In this document: positions 1-8,082 of the stretch, piece after piece
Numbering within the stretch: the first letter of the stretch is position 1
Layout of the letters: each line of letters starts with the position of its first letter
Assembly: GCA_014360655.1 (NCBI GenBank)
Contig: JACIXC010000001.1
Coordinates: 228,715 to 292,714, forward strand
Reading direction: 5' to 3'
DNA: 64,000 nucleotides
Source: Actinomycetota bacterium
Lineage (GTDB): Bacteria; Actinomycetota; Geothermincolia; Geothermincolales; RBG-13-55-18
Position numbers and translations under genes: made by a program
The notes under the pieces: model-generated
Databases searched by the model: none
The model's input: only the letters and a program-made list of their open reading frames with translations
What the model was told of the DNA's origin: nothing

Positions 1-309
1 TACCTCATCGCCAGCCGCATGCGCTTCGACCTCTCCCGGCTCGAGGACCTGCGCCTCGCGGTGGACGAGGCGAGCAACTACGCCATCGCCCATGCCCCCC
101 GCGAATCCTCGCTGGAAGTTGAAATAGATCCCGGGAAGGAGTACCTTGAAATCGTCCTTAAATCGGAGCTGGCCGCGAACGGCGAAACGCGTTCCGCTAT
201 ACCCGAGTCGTTCAGCCGCATGATCATGGAATCCGTCGTCGACCAGGTGGACCTGCAGAGGGAGGAGGCTGCCTGCCGCATTTCCCTGCGGAAGAAATTA
301 CCCGGCTAG
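1..309 (+). CDS. rsbW: Anti-sigma factor, RsbW/UsfX-like (5' truncated by the window edge)
   Basis: The frame is open from base 1 (YLIASRMRFDLSRLEDLRLAVDEA...). The motifs DLRLAVDE and SFSRMIMESVVDQV resemble actinobacterial UsfX/RsbW. It lies directly upstream of a SigB/SigF gene. Confidence 0.85.
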   Translation, partial: YLIASRMRFDLSRLEDLRLAVDEASNYAIAHAPRESSLEVEIDPGKEYLEIVLKSELAANGETRSAIPESFSRMIMESVVDQVDLQREEAACRISLRKKLPG

Positions 310-336
310 GAAGGCTTCACCGAGGCGCATCCTTCC

Positions 337-1128
337 ATGAGGAGTCGTTCCGTGAGGGAAGAAGAGCGACGGCAAGAGCGAAGGGAGAGGATCCGGGAGC
401 TTTTCAAGCTCCTGAGAGAGACCGGGGATCCAAGGGTCCGGGACGAACTCATCTCCCTCAACATCCACCTGGTGGAGTACCTGGCCAGGAAATTCGCCAA
501 CCGCGGGGAACCCCTCGAGGACCTTCTCCAGGTGGGCTTCGTGGGTCTCATCAAGGCCATCGACCGCTACGACCTGGACCGCGGCGTGGAGTTCAGCACC
601 TATGCCACCCCCACCATCGTGGGCGAGCTCAAGCGCTACTTCCGCGACAAGGGCTGGGCGATCCGCATCCCCCGCCGCCTGCAGATGCGCGACCTCGAGC
701 TCAACCAGGCCATCGACCAGCTCACCCAGGAACTGCACCGCTCTCCCACCCTGCAGGAGGTGGCCGAGCACCTCGATGTGAGCCTGGAGGAGGTGGTTGA
801 GATACTGGAGAGCTCTTACGCCGCCAACTATCTCAGCCTGGACAGCATCTACCTGAACGAAGGCGATGACCGCGGCTTCTGCCTTCTTGACTACCTGGGG
901 GGGGAGGACAACGACTTCTCGCTGGCGGAGGACCGCGACGCGCTGGCCAAGCTTCTCACCCGCCTCTCGGACCGCGAGCAGAAGGTCATTTACATGCGTT
1001 TCTTCCGCGGCCTTACCCAGATGGAGATCGCCAGGGAGTTGAACATCTCCCAGATGCACGTATCGCGCCTGCTGCGCAAGATACTCGACAAGCTCCGCGA
1101 CGACCTGGGTACGGACATGGCGCCCTGA
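337..1128 (+). CDS. RNA polymerase sigma factor, SigB/SigF/SigG family
   Basis: Motifs EDLLQVGFVGLIKAIDRYD, FSTYATPTIVGELKRYFRDKGWAIRIPRRLQ and the region-4 HTH TQMEIARELNISQMHVSRLL. Confidence 0.95.
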   Translation: MRSRSVREEERRQERRERIRELFKLLRETGDPRVRDELISLNIHLVEYLARKFANRGEPLEDLLQVGFVGLIKAIDRYDLDRGVEFSTYATPTIVGELKRYFRDKGWAIRIPRRLQMRDLELNQAIDQLTQELHRSPTLQEVAEHLDVSLEEVVEILESSYAANYLSLDSIYLNEGDDRGFCLLDYLGGEDNDFSLAEDRDALAKLLTRLSDREQKVIYMRFFRGLTQMEIARELNISQMHVSRLLRKILDKLRDDLGTDMAP

Positions 1129-1197
1129 GGGGCCCGCGGGAAGACGACCCCGGGCACCCGGCAGGGTACCATCCGCGGGTTTCTGCTCCCCCTCCCG

Positions 1198-2022
1198 CTA
1201 CTCCCAGAGCCGCATCTCCTTCTCCTCCACCCGCAGGGGGACCACCCTCTCGGGGGGGAGCAGGGAGGCGAGCATGACGGCGTTGCGGGGGGCCTTGCCC
1301 CGGTAATGGTTGTTGAAGATGGCGTAGGTCCTTTCCGCCCCGCCGTCCAGGGCCAGCAGGCCGGGCACCCATTCCCGCAGCTCGTCCTCGCTGTAGAGGT
1401 AGTCGTAGCGCTCCCAGGACTGGCGGTTGCGGTCCCACCATGCCTGGTAATTTCTGCCATGAAAGCGCACGTACCCGATGTGAGAGGTGAGGATGACGTG
1501 CGGTTTCACCAGCCCCCTGAGGCGGGGCTCGTCCACGCAGCAGAAGCCCATGCGCAGGTCGCGCAGCAGCTCCACGGTCTCCTCCGTTATCCACCCCTCG
1601 TTGCGGAACTCCACCACCAGGTCCCGAGAGGGCAGGAGCTCCCGGAAGAGGCGCAGGTAGTCGCGGTTGGCGGGCGTGTTCTTAAAACCCCAAGGGAACT
1701 GGGCCAGCAGGCAGGCGAGCTTCCCGTGATCCTCCAGGGGGCGGATCACCTCGAGAAAACGCCCGAACTCCTCCCGGTTGTCCCGGTATTTATGGGTGAG
1801 GCCCTGGTAAACCTTAACGATGAACCTGAAGTCTATGGGAGTCCTACGGGCCATGGAGAGTATGGCGCGTGGCGAGGGCAGGGCGTGCCATGTGCTGTTC
1901 ACCTCCACCACCGGGAAACGGGACGAGTAGTATTCAAGCATGTACTTCTTATCCTGCCCCTCGGGGTAAAAGGCTCCTTTCCAGTCCTGGTAGCTGAAAC
2001 CCGCCGTGCCTATATAGATCAC
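1198..2022 (-). CDS. DUF72 domain-containing protein
   Basis: Motifs IYIGTAGFSYQDWKGAFYP, VEVNSTW, VEFRNEGW, YVRFHGRN, YDYLYSEDEL and FNNHYRGKAPRNA. Confidence 0.93.
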   Translation of the reverse strand: MIYIGTAGFSYQDWKGAFYPEGQDKKYMLEYYSSRFPVVEVNSTWHALPSPRAILSMARRTPIDFRFIVKVYQGLTHKYRDNREEFGRFLEVIRPLEDHGKLACLLAQFPWGFKNTPANRDYLRLFRELLPSRDLVVEFRNEGWITEETVELLRDLRMGFCCVDEPRLRGLVKPHVILTSHIGYVRFHGRNYQAWWDRNRQSWERYDYLYSEDELREWVPGLLALDGGAERTYAIFNNHYRGKAPRNAVMLASLLPPERVVPLRVEEKEMRLWE

Positions 2023-2148
2023 GTGATCGCCCCCGAAGGAACAGGTGCGCGCCTTGCGTCCTTATGTAAAGCTCAACATTACCCTTATACTTACTCCCTT
2101 GACCGCTTATTCCGGGTATAGGATCGACGTAAGGTTTCAGCGGTGGTT

Positions 2149-2418
2149 TCAGTTCTTGAGGATCTTCACGTCATCGATGGCCACGTCTATGTAGCTGTAT
2201 GCGACGCGCTCGTCCACGTTGCGGCGATTCTTGAAGCGGAAAAGGAACACGGTGGGGTAAACCCCCTCGATAACTCCCTCTCTCTCCTCCCAGTGCGTTT
2301 TGGGCTTCGACTCCTTGACGGAGATGCGCACGACCTTTCCCACCAGCTTGCGCATGTCCTCCATGATGTCCGACAGGTTCTGGTTCTCGATTCCCGCTGG
2401 CTTCATGCTTTCGATCAC
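2149..2418 (-). CDS. veg: Veg family protein (DUF1021)
   Basis: LSDI...GVIEGVYPTVF...ERVAYSYIDV parallels B. subtilis Veg (GILAETYPSVF...ERVSYSYADI). GTG start preceded by GAG. Confidence 0.8.
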   Translation of the reverse strand: MIESMKPAGIENQNLSDIMEDMRKLVGKVVRISVKESKPKTHWEEREGVIEGVYPTVFLFRFKNRRNVDERVAYSYIDVAIDDVKILKN

Positions 2419-2448
2419 CTCTATTCATTCCGGGACCGGGAAAGCAAG

Positions 2449-2457
2449 ATTATACCA
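2449..2457 (-). promoter_or_regulatory. Extended -10 promoter element (TGGTATAAT) for veg
   Basis: Perfect TATAAT with a TG extension on the minus strand, about 30 nt upstream of the veg start. Confidence 0.6.
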
Positions 2458-2752
2458 TAACCTTTCCCTTATCTCCACCTACATTCTAACACGATTGACG
2501 GAAGATATGGCGGTTTTGTTCCGCCAATTATGCCCTTGCCTCGCTATGGATTTCGCCGCCCTCCCCCTGTTGTCCTTCCACGATGTGCAGAAAAAGCCGC
2601 TAAAGGAGCTCGGGGCAGCTCTGATCCGGCGCTTTTATCTCCACGTGGCCATATCTCGATGTAAATCAACACTTTATCCATTGCGACGGTTACGCGAGGG
2701 CTGTTCTCGTGGTCTTATCCATTGCGAAGGTTGCGCCGAGGCCGGCGCAGCT

Positions 2753-3940
2753 TCACTGCAGCCCCTCGAGGGCGAGCAGGGCGTCCTCGAGGCTCTCAAC
2801 GGGGATGAGGCGGAGGGATGTCTCGACCCCCGCGAGGTCATCCTCGTTCGCCGCCGGGTAGAGGAAGACCTCCGCGCCGCCGGCCTCCGCCGCCCGTATT
2901 TTCATGGGTAACCCCCCTACGGGGCCCACGCTGCCGTCCGGAAAAATCTCCCCCGTCCCCGCCACCTTGCGACCCCGGGTGATGTCCTCGGGCGTGAGCG
3001 CGTTCACCAAGGAAAGGGCCAGCATCAACCCCGCCGAGGGTCCCTTGACCGCCTCCAGCCGCCATTCCACCTCCACCTCCGACTCGTAGTCGAAATAGTC
3101 ACGCGTGGATGCGCCGATGACCCACCTTCCCAGCCTGGGCTCCCAGACGGGGGCAAGGGCCACCTTCCTTTCCTCGCCAAGAAGGTTGGAGAGGCCGAGG
3201 AGGGCGGAGATGCCTGTCTTGCCGCCTTCCTCCCAGGCGGCATGCAGCTCTTCCTCGTCCATTTTTCGAACCCCGAGGATCACCTCTTCGCCGTGCGGGG
3301 CCGCGTCTATGAGCTTTCCCAGCTCCACGGCGTTCCTGACCGCGGCGCCGTTAACGGAGACCACGACCTCCCCAACCGCGAGCTTCCCCTCCGCCGGGTA
3401 CCCCGCCGCAACCGCGACCACCAGCACGCCTAGCTCCTCCACCTCCACCTCGAGGCCCATCTTCCGCAGGCCCACCACCGCGGCGCTGTTGCGGCTGAGC
3501 AGGGTGACCGCCTCGTCCACCCTGTTCTGCCCCTCCACGTCCAGCCCTTCCCCCAGGTATTCCCTCGCCTTCAGCATGTAGCGCTCGTCGCCGAAAAGGT
3601 GCGCCAGGTGGTTGAAGAGGCGTGCCTCCCGCAGGCTGACGGAGGTGAGCATGAGCTCGCCCCGTGCCCCGTAAGTGCCGGCTCCCTGCACGGTGATGCC
3701 CGACTGCAGGTCGAATGACGGTCCCGGCCCCTCGAGCAGGAACCCCGTGGGCACCGACCAGAAGAGGAAGAGCAAGGGCAAGAGGAAAAGGAGTAGTGCC
3801 TTTATGGCCCCCGCCGGTGGCCTGTATCTGCCCCCTTCCTTCCTGGCCCGACCGGGAACCCGGCCACCCGCAAGGAGGCCCGTTCCTCTCCCGGGACCGT
3901 ACCCGGGATCCCTGCCGGGACCTTTCCGGGGACGCCTCAC
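2753..3940 (-). CDS. YlbL-like PDZ domain / Lon-type (S16) protease
   Basis: N-terminal TM, PGP motif, PDZ region, and the Ser-Lys dyad motifs GPSAG and GPVGGLPMK. The GTG start overlaps the amrS stop (ATGTGA); the ORF-track extension to 4513 is a shadow of amrS. Confidence 0.88.
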   Translation of the reverse strand: MRRPRKGPGRDPGYGPGRGTGLLAGGRVPGRARKEGGRYRPPAGAIKALLLFLLPLLFLFWSVPTGFLLEGPGPSFDLQSGITVQGAGTYGARGELMLTSVSLREARLFNHLAHLFGDERYMLKAREYLGEGLDVEGQNRVDEAVTLLSRNSAAVVGLRKMGLEVEVEELGVLVVAVAAGYPAEGKLAVGEVVVSVNGAAVRNAVELGKLIDAAPHGEEVILGVRKMDEEELHAAWEEGGKTGISALLGLSNLLGEERKVALAPVWEPRLGRWVIGASTRDYFDYESEVEVEWRLEAVKGPSAGLMLALSLVNALTPEDITRGRKVAGTGEIFPDGSVGPVGGLPMKIRAAEAGGAEVFLYPAANEDDLAGVETSLRLIPVESLEDALLALEGLQ

Positions 3941-4929
3941 ATGACCACGTCCACCGTTCTCCCGCAACGCCTGCACCTCTTCTCCTCTATGCCCTTGACG
4001 GAGACGGCGTACCCGCGCCGTTCGATGAGCAGGTTGCCGCACTGGGGGCAGTAGGTGTGCGAGCCGTCGGCCAGCGCCACGTTGCCAAGGAACACGTAGT
4101 ACAGTTTCCTGACGGCTATATCCCGCGCCCGCAACAGGGCCGCGAGGGGCGTGGGCTCGATGGTCATCTTGTAGGCGGGGAAGTAGGCGGAGAAGTGGAG
4201 GGGCACCTCCGGTCCCAGCCCGTGCACGAAGTCCACCAGGCGCTCGAAGAGCTCGTCGGAGTCGTTGAGGGTTGGGATGACCAGGTTGGTTATCTCCACG
4301 TGGATGCCCGCCTCCCGCGCCGCCCGGCAGGTCTCCAGCACCGGCTCCAGCCTGGACTTGCATATCTTGCGGTAGAACTCGGGGTCCATGGACTTGACGT
4401 CGATGTTCATGGCGTCCACGTAGGGAGCCAGGCGCGCGAAGGGTTCGGGGTTTATGGACCCGTTGGTCACCAGCACGTTGAACAATCCCTTTTCCCTGGC
4501 GAGCTGCGCGCATTCCAGGACGAACTCGTACCAGATGGTGGGCTCGTTGTAGGTGTAGGCGATGCCCGGCGAGCGGCGGCGGACGGCGTCCTCCACCGCG
4601 TCGCGGACGGCGAGTTCGCCGGTGGGCGCGTCATCTTCCAGCATATGCCAGTTCTGGCAGAAATCGCAGCGCTGGTTGCAGCCGCGCGTGCCCAGGGAAT
4701 AGATGGGTTGTCCGGGATGAAAATGGTAAAGGGGCTTCTTTTCGATGGGGTCCATGGAGCGGGCCATGGCCCGCTCGTAGTTCTCCGCGTAAAGCACCCC
4801 GTCCACGTTGACCCGCACGCGGCAGAACCCCTTCCTGCCGGGCGCGATGACGCAGTCCTGGGGGCAGAGGAGGCAGTGCACCCGCCCCCCTTCCAGCTTC
4901 TCGTAGTAGAGCGCTTCCTTCATCTTCAC
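3937..4929 (-). CDS. amrS: AmmeMemoRadiSam system radical SAM enzyme
   Basis: CLLCPQDC N-terminal motif, DPIEKKPLYHFHPG, the radical SAM motif CNQRCDFC, YTYNEP and C-terminal CPQC/CRRC. Confidence 0.93.
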   Translation of the reverse strand: MKMKEALYYEKLEGGRVHCLLCPQDCVIAPGRKGFCRVRVNVDGVLYAENYERAMARSMDPIEKKPLYHFHPGQPIYSLGTRGCNQRCDFCQNWHMLEDDAPTGELAVRDAVEDAVRRRSPGIAYTYNEPTIWYEFVLECAQLAREKGLFNVLVTNGSINPEPFARLAPYVDAMNIDVKSMDPEFYRKICKSRLEPVLETCRAAREAGIHVEITNLVIPTLNDSDELFERLVDFVHGLGPEVPLHFSAYFPAYKMTIEPTPLAALLRARDIAVRKLYYVFLGNVALADGSHTYCPQCGNLLIERRGYAVSVKGIEEKRCRRCGRTVDVVM

Positions 4930-4976
4930 CCCTTCCCTCCCTGTTCTTCACCCCTTCCCTCCCTGTCATTCTACCC

Positions 4977-7001
4977 TTAAAAGAGCACCAGCACGAGGTG
5001 GGCGATGCCGCCCAGGACAAGGGCGAGGACGACGGTGGACGCGGTGATGAGCAGGGAGTCCCTCGCCCCCAGTTCCCTCCACAGCACCGCCAGCGTGGCC
5101 ACGCAGGGTATGTAGACGGAGCAAAGGAGCACGAAGGTGAAGACCTGGCCGCGGGTCATGAAATCCAGCAGGTTGGAGCTTTCGCTCACCCCGGGGATGA
5201 CGCGGGCGGCGAGCACCACCAGCAGCGCCAGGGCCAGCTCCTTGCGCAGGAAGCCCAGGATGAGAGCGAGGAGGGCCACGGCGGGGATCCCCAGCCACCA
5301 CTCCGCCAGGGGCCTCAGGGGGGTGGTGAGCCTCGCTATCCAACCCGTCTCGTAGAGCAGGCCGAGGACGACGCTACCCGCCACGATGAGGGGCGCCGCG
5401 ACCGCGAGGAAATCCTTCACGCGCAGCCAGGTCTTCTTGAGCACGTTCGCCAGGGAGGGCGCCCGGAAGGGGAACATCTCCATGACCAGCCCGGCGGACT
5501 CCCCCGGCATCACCTTGTTGAGCAGCAACCCCGCCAGCACCACCAGCAGAAAGACGATGGCGAAGAGCAGCAGCGCGTAACCCCATCCCAGGAAGCGGGA
5601 TACGCCCCCCATGATCACCGCCACCCGCGCGCTGCAGGGGACCAGGACGATGAGCACGCAGGCGATGACGCGTTCCCTGCGCGTGGAGAGCACCCTGGTG
5701 CCCATGATCGCCGGGACGTTGCAGCCCACGGCGGAGACGATGGGTATCACGGCGCGGCCGTGCAGGCCCAGGCGGTGCATGAAGCGGTCGGCGAGAAAGG
5801 CCGCCGCGTTCAGGTAGCCGCTGTCCTCGAGCAGCGCCAGGATGAGGTAGAAGAGCAGCAGGTAGGGAAGGGCGATCTCCAGCACCGCACCCGCCCCGTC
5901 CACGCCCCACTGGATGACCCTGGAGAGGGTCCCGGCGCCGAGCGCGCCGTCCAGGACGCGCCCCAGCGGATCGCTCACCAGGCTCTCCCAGAAGCGGGAG
6001 AAGAGGCCGGCAAGCTCCCCCCCGCCCCAGAAGATCGCCGTGAAGACGGCCCCCAGCACCAGCGCCAGCAGGGGTATGCCCGTGCGGAAGGAGGTGGTGT
6101 ACTCCCACAACCTCTCCCCCGGCAGGGGGCGTTGGTACTCCCGTCGCACCTGCACGCCGGAGGCGATGCTTCCCGCTATGCCGTGCCGTTCCCGCGCGAT
6201 GATCAGGCTCGCCCTCTCCCCGTGGTCTCGCGCGATCTCCTCCCCCAGCCGGCGCGCGTAGCGTAAGACCTCCTCTCCGCCCTCCTTTTCCTCCATGAGC
6301 CTCACCATCTCCTCGTCCTCCTCCAGGAGGAGGATGGCCAGGGCGCGCGGGGGGAGACCGAAGGGGGTCTCCACGCCCTCCTGCTCGATGCGGGCGGCCA
6401 GCCTGCGCACGCGGGACTCGATGTCCTCCGCGTAGGAGAAGGGGATGACGGGATAATCCTCGCGGCGCTCGGCCACCTCCACCGCCTGGCCGATCAGCTC
6501 GTTCAGCCCGTCCCCCCTGACGCCCACGGTAGGGACCACCGGTACCCCGAGGTACTCGGAGAGGAGCTCCACGTCGGTGTGTATCCCCGCCTTCTCCGCC
6601 TGGTCGACCAGGTTCAGCGCCGCCACCACCGGGCATGCGAGGTCCATGAACTGCAGTAGAAGGTAGAGATTGCGCGCCAGGTTGTTGGCATCGAGGATGA
6701 CGATGACCACGTCTGGCTTGCCCTGCAGGACCCCCCTGCGGGCCACGAGCTGGTCCTCGGAGACCGCCCCCAGGGCATAGGTGCCGGGCAGGTCCATGAT
6801 GCCCAGGCGGCGTCCCGCGAACTCGCTGAGCGCGAGGTTGAGCTCCACCGTCATGCCGGGATAATTGGCGGTCATCACCCCCATGCCGGTAAGGCGGTTA
6901 AAGATGGTGGATTTTCCCACGTTGGGATTTCCTGCCAGCGCAAGCAGGAGCTCTGCGCGTTCGCGCAGTTTCTCCAGTGCCTCCAGCCGCTCGCCCTTCA
7001 T
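4977..7001 (-). CDS. feoB: Ferrous iron transport protein B
   Basis: G-domain motifs GNPNVGKS, NYPGMTVE and DLPGTY. Membrane-domain motifs LEDSGY, GCNVPAIM, PCSAR and YIPCVAT. Confidence 0.97.
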   Translation of the reverse strand: MKGERLEALEKLRERAELLLALAGNPNVGKSTIFNRLTGMGVMTANYPGMTVELNLALSEFAGRRLGIMDLPGTYALGAVSEDQLVARRGVLQGKPDVVIVILDANNLARNLYLLLQFMDLACPVVAALNLVDQAEKAGIHTDVELLSEYLGVPVVPTVGVRGDGLNELIGQAVEVAERREDYPVIPFSYAEDIESRVRRLAARIEQEGVETPFGLPPRALAILLLEEDEEMVRLMEEKEGGEEVLRYARRLGEEIARDHGERASLIIARERHGIAGSIASGVQVRREYQRPLPGERLWEYTTSFRTGIPLLALVLGAVFTAIFWGGGELAGLFSRFWESLVSDPLGRVLDGALGAGTLSRVIQWGVDGAGAVLEIALPYLLLFYLILALLEDSGYLNAAAFLADRFMHRLGLHGRAVIPIVSAVGCNVPAIMGTRVLSTRRERVIACVLIVLVPCSARVAVIMGGVSRFLGWGYALLLFAIVFLLVVLAGLLLNKVMPGESAGLVMEMFPFRAPSLANVLKKTWLRVKDFLAVAAPLIVAGSVVLGLLYETGWIARLTTPLRPLAEWWLGIPAVALLALILGFLRKELALALLVVLAARVIPGVSESSNLLDFMTRGQVFTFVLLCSVYIPCVATLAVLWRELGARDSLLITASTVVLALVLGGIAHLVLVLF

Positions 7002-7072
7002 CCCCTCACCTGCCGGCCGCGGCGCAGGGAACGCACTGGGCGTCGTCCCTTTCCTCGCATGGCATCCCCGCG

Positions 7073-7828
7073 CTAACGGCTACCGCCGCGGTGGCGCGGT
7101 CCCCCTCCCCTGCCCTTCGCCCTTCCCCGACCCTTCCTGGTCCAGATCTTTGAGGCCACCTCCCTGCCCAGCGCGTACTGGGCATCACCTATCTTCACCA
7201 GCAGGGGTCCGCCGAAGGGAGCCACCTCCATGACCTCCACGTCGACGTCGGGCATGAGGCCCAGCGAGGCGAGGTACTGCAGGAGGCGAGGCTCTTCCTC
7301 CTCCACCCTTGCTATGCATCCCTTCTCGTCGGGTGAAAAATCGCAGAGGGGCTTCACCTCGCAGTCCTCCATGTGGCCGTTCTCGTCGGGAATGGGATAC
7401 CCGTGGGGACACGTCTCCGGGTTGCCCAGCATCTCGGCCAGCTTCTCCTCCACCTCCGGGGAGATGACGTGCTCCAGACGGCAGGCTTCCCGGTGGGCCG
7501 CCTCCCAGTCCAGCCCCAGCATGTCGGTGAGGAAGCGCTCCGAGAGGCGGTGGCGCCTCACCAGCGTCCTCGCCGCCCGCTCGCCCCGCGGCGTGAGGGC
7601 GATGATGCGTTTTGCCCTGCCGTAGCCCTTGCCCTTGCCTTTTCCCTTCCCGCCGCCCGCATCGAGGTAGCGCACGTACCCCTCCGCCTCCAGGCGTCGC
7701 AGCATGTCCAGCACCGTAGGGGGCGTGAGTTTGAGGTGCTCGGCCAGGCGGGTCGGGGTGAGCGCTTTTTCCTCCCGGCTCAGCTTGAACAGCGCCTCCA
7801 GGTACTCCTCCATCTTTTCCGTGAGCAT
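7073..7828 (-). CDS. DtxR/MntR/IdeR family metal-dependent repressor with C-terminal FeoA domain
   Basis: Motifs MEEYLEAL, RRHRLSERFL, EACRLEH and CPHGYPIP, followed by the FeoA/SH3-like LLQYLASLGLMP...PFGGP. Adjacent to feoB. Confidence 0.93.
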   Translation of the reverse strand: MLTEKMEEYLEALFKLSREEKALTPTRLAEHLKLTPPTVLDMLRRLEAEGYVRYLDAGGGKGKGKGKGYGRAKRIIALTPRGERAARTLVRRHRLSERFLTDMLGLDWEAAHREACRLEHVISPEVEEKLAEMLGNPETCPHGYPIPDENGHMEDCEVKPLCDFSPDEKGCIARVEEEEPRLLQYLASLGLMPDVDVEVMEVAPFGGPLLVKIGDAQYALGREVASKIWTRKGRGRAKGRGGGPRHRGGSR

Positions 7829-7990
7829 CCTTCCCACCTTCCTTGTCCTTCCTCCTCCAGGCCCTAACGCCGCCCCAACCGCCCGGCATCACGCTGCCGC
7901 GCCCCCGACCGCTCCCCGTTCCCCCCGACGTCTTCGCCCCCTTCCCCTGCATCGCCGCCCTTGAACATAAAACGTACCTTCGCATAAACA

Positions 7991-8010
7991 TTAGGCTTAT
8001 ATAACTATAA
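7991..8010. promoter_or_regulatory. Possible DtxR/IdeR-type operator overlapping a promoter
   Basis: TTAGGCTTATATAACTATAA matches 11 of 19 positions of the DtxR consensus TTAGGTTAGCCTAACCTAA. It sits in the AT-rich patch upstream of the regulator and overlaps a minus-strand TATAGT. Confidence 0.4.
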
Positions 8011-8082
8011 GACTGCGTTCCCATTAAAGCAATGACTTAAAGAGGGCAAGCTGGATGGAGAAGTGCGGCAACGGGCCCCGTC

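Noticed and set aside
1..309. Anti-sigma factor as a pseudogene because G-box motifs are missing
   Set aside because: The same degenerate pattern (SFSxxxxxxxxDxV) occurs in functional actinobacterial UsfX. The 5' truncation is only the window edge.
2460..2735. Replication origin (DnaA box cluster)
   Set aside because: TTATCCATT matches only 7 of 9 positions of TTATCCACA, there are few copies, and there is no dnaA/dnaN context or clear unwinding element.
3941..4513. N-terminal extension of the 586-aa PDZ-Lon ORF
   Set aside because: It overlaps amrS in another frame and is Arg/Gly/Pro-rich noise. A GTG coupled to the amrS stop gives a normal YlbL-sized protein.
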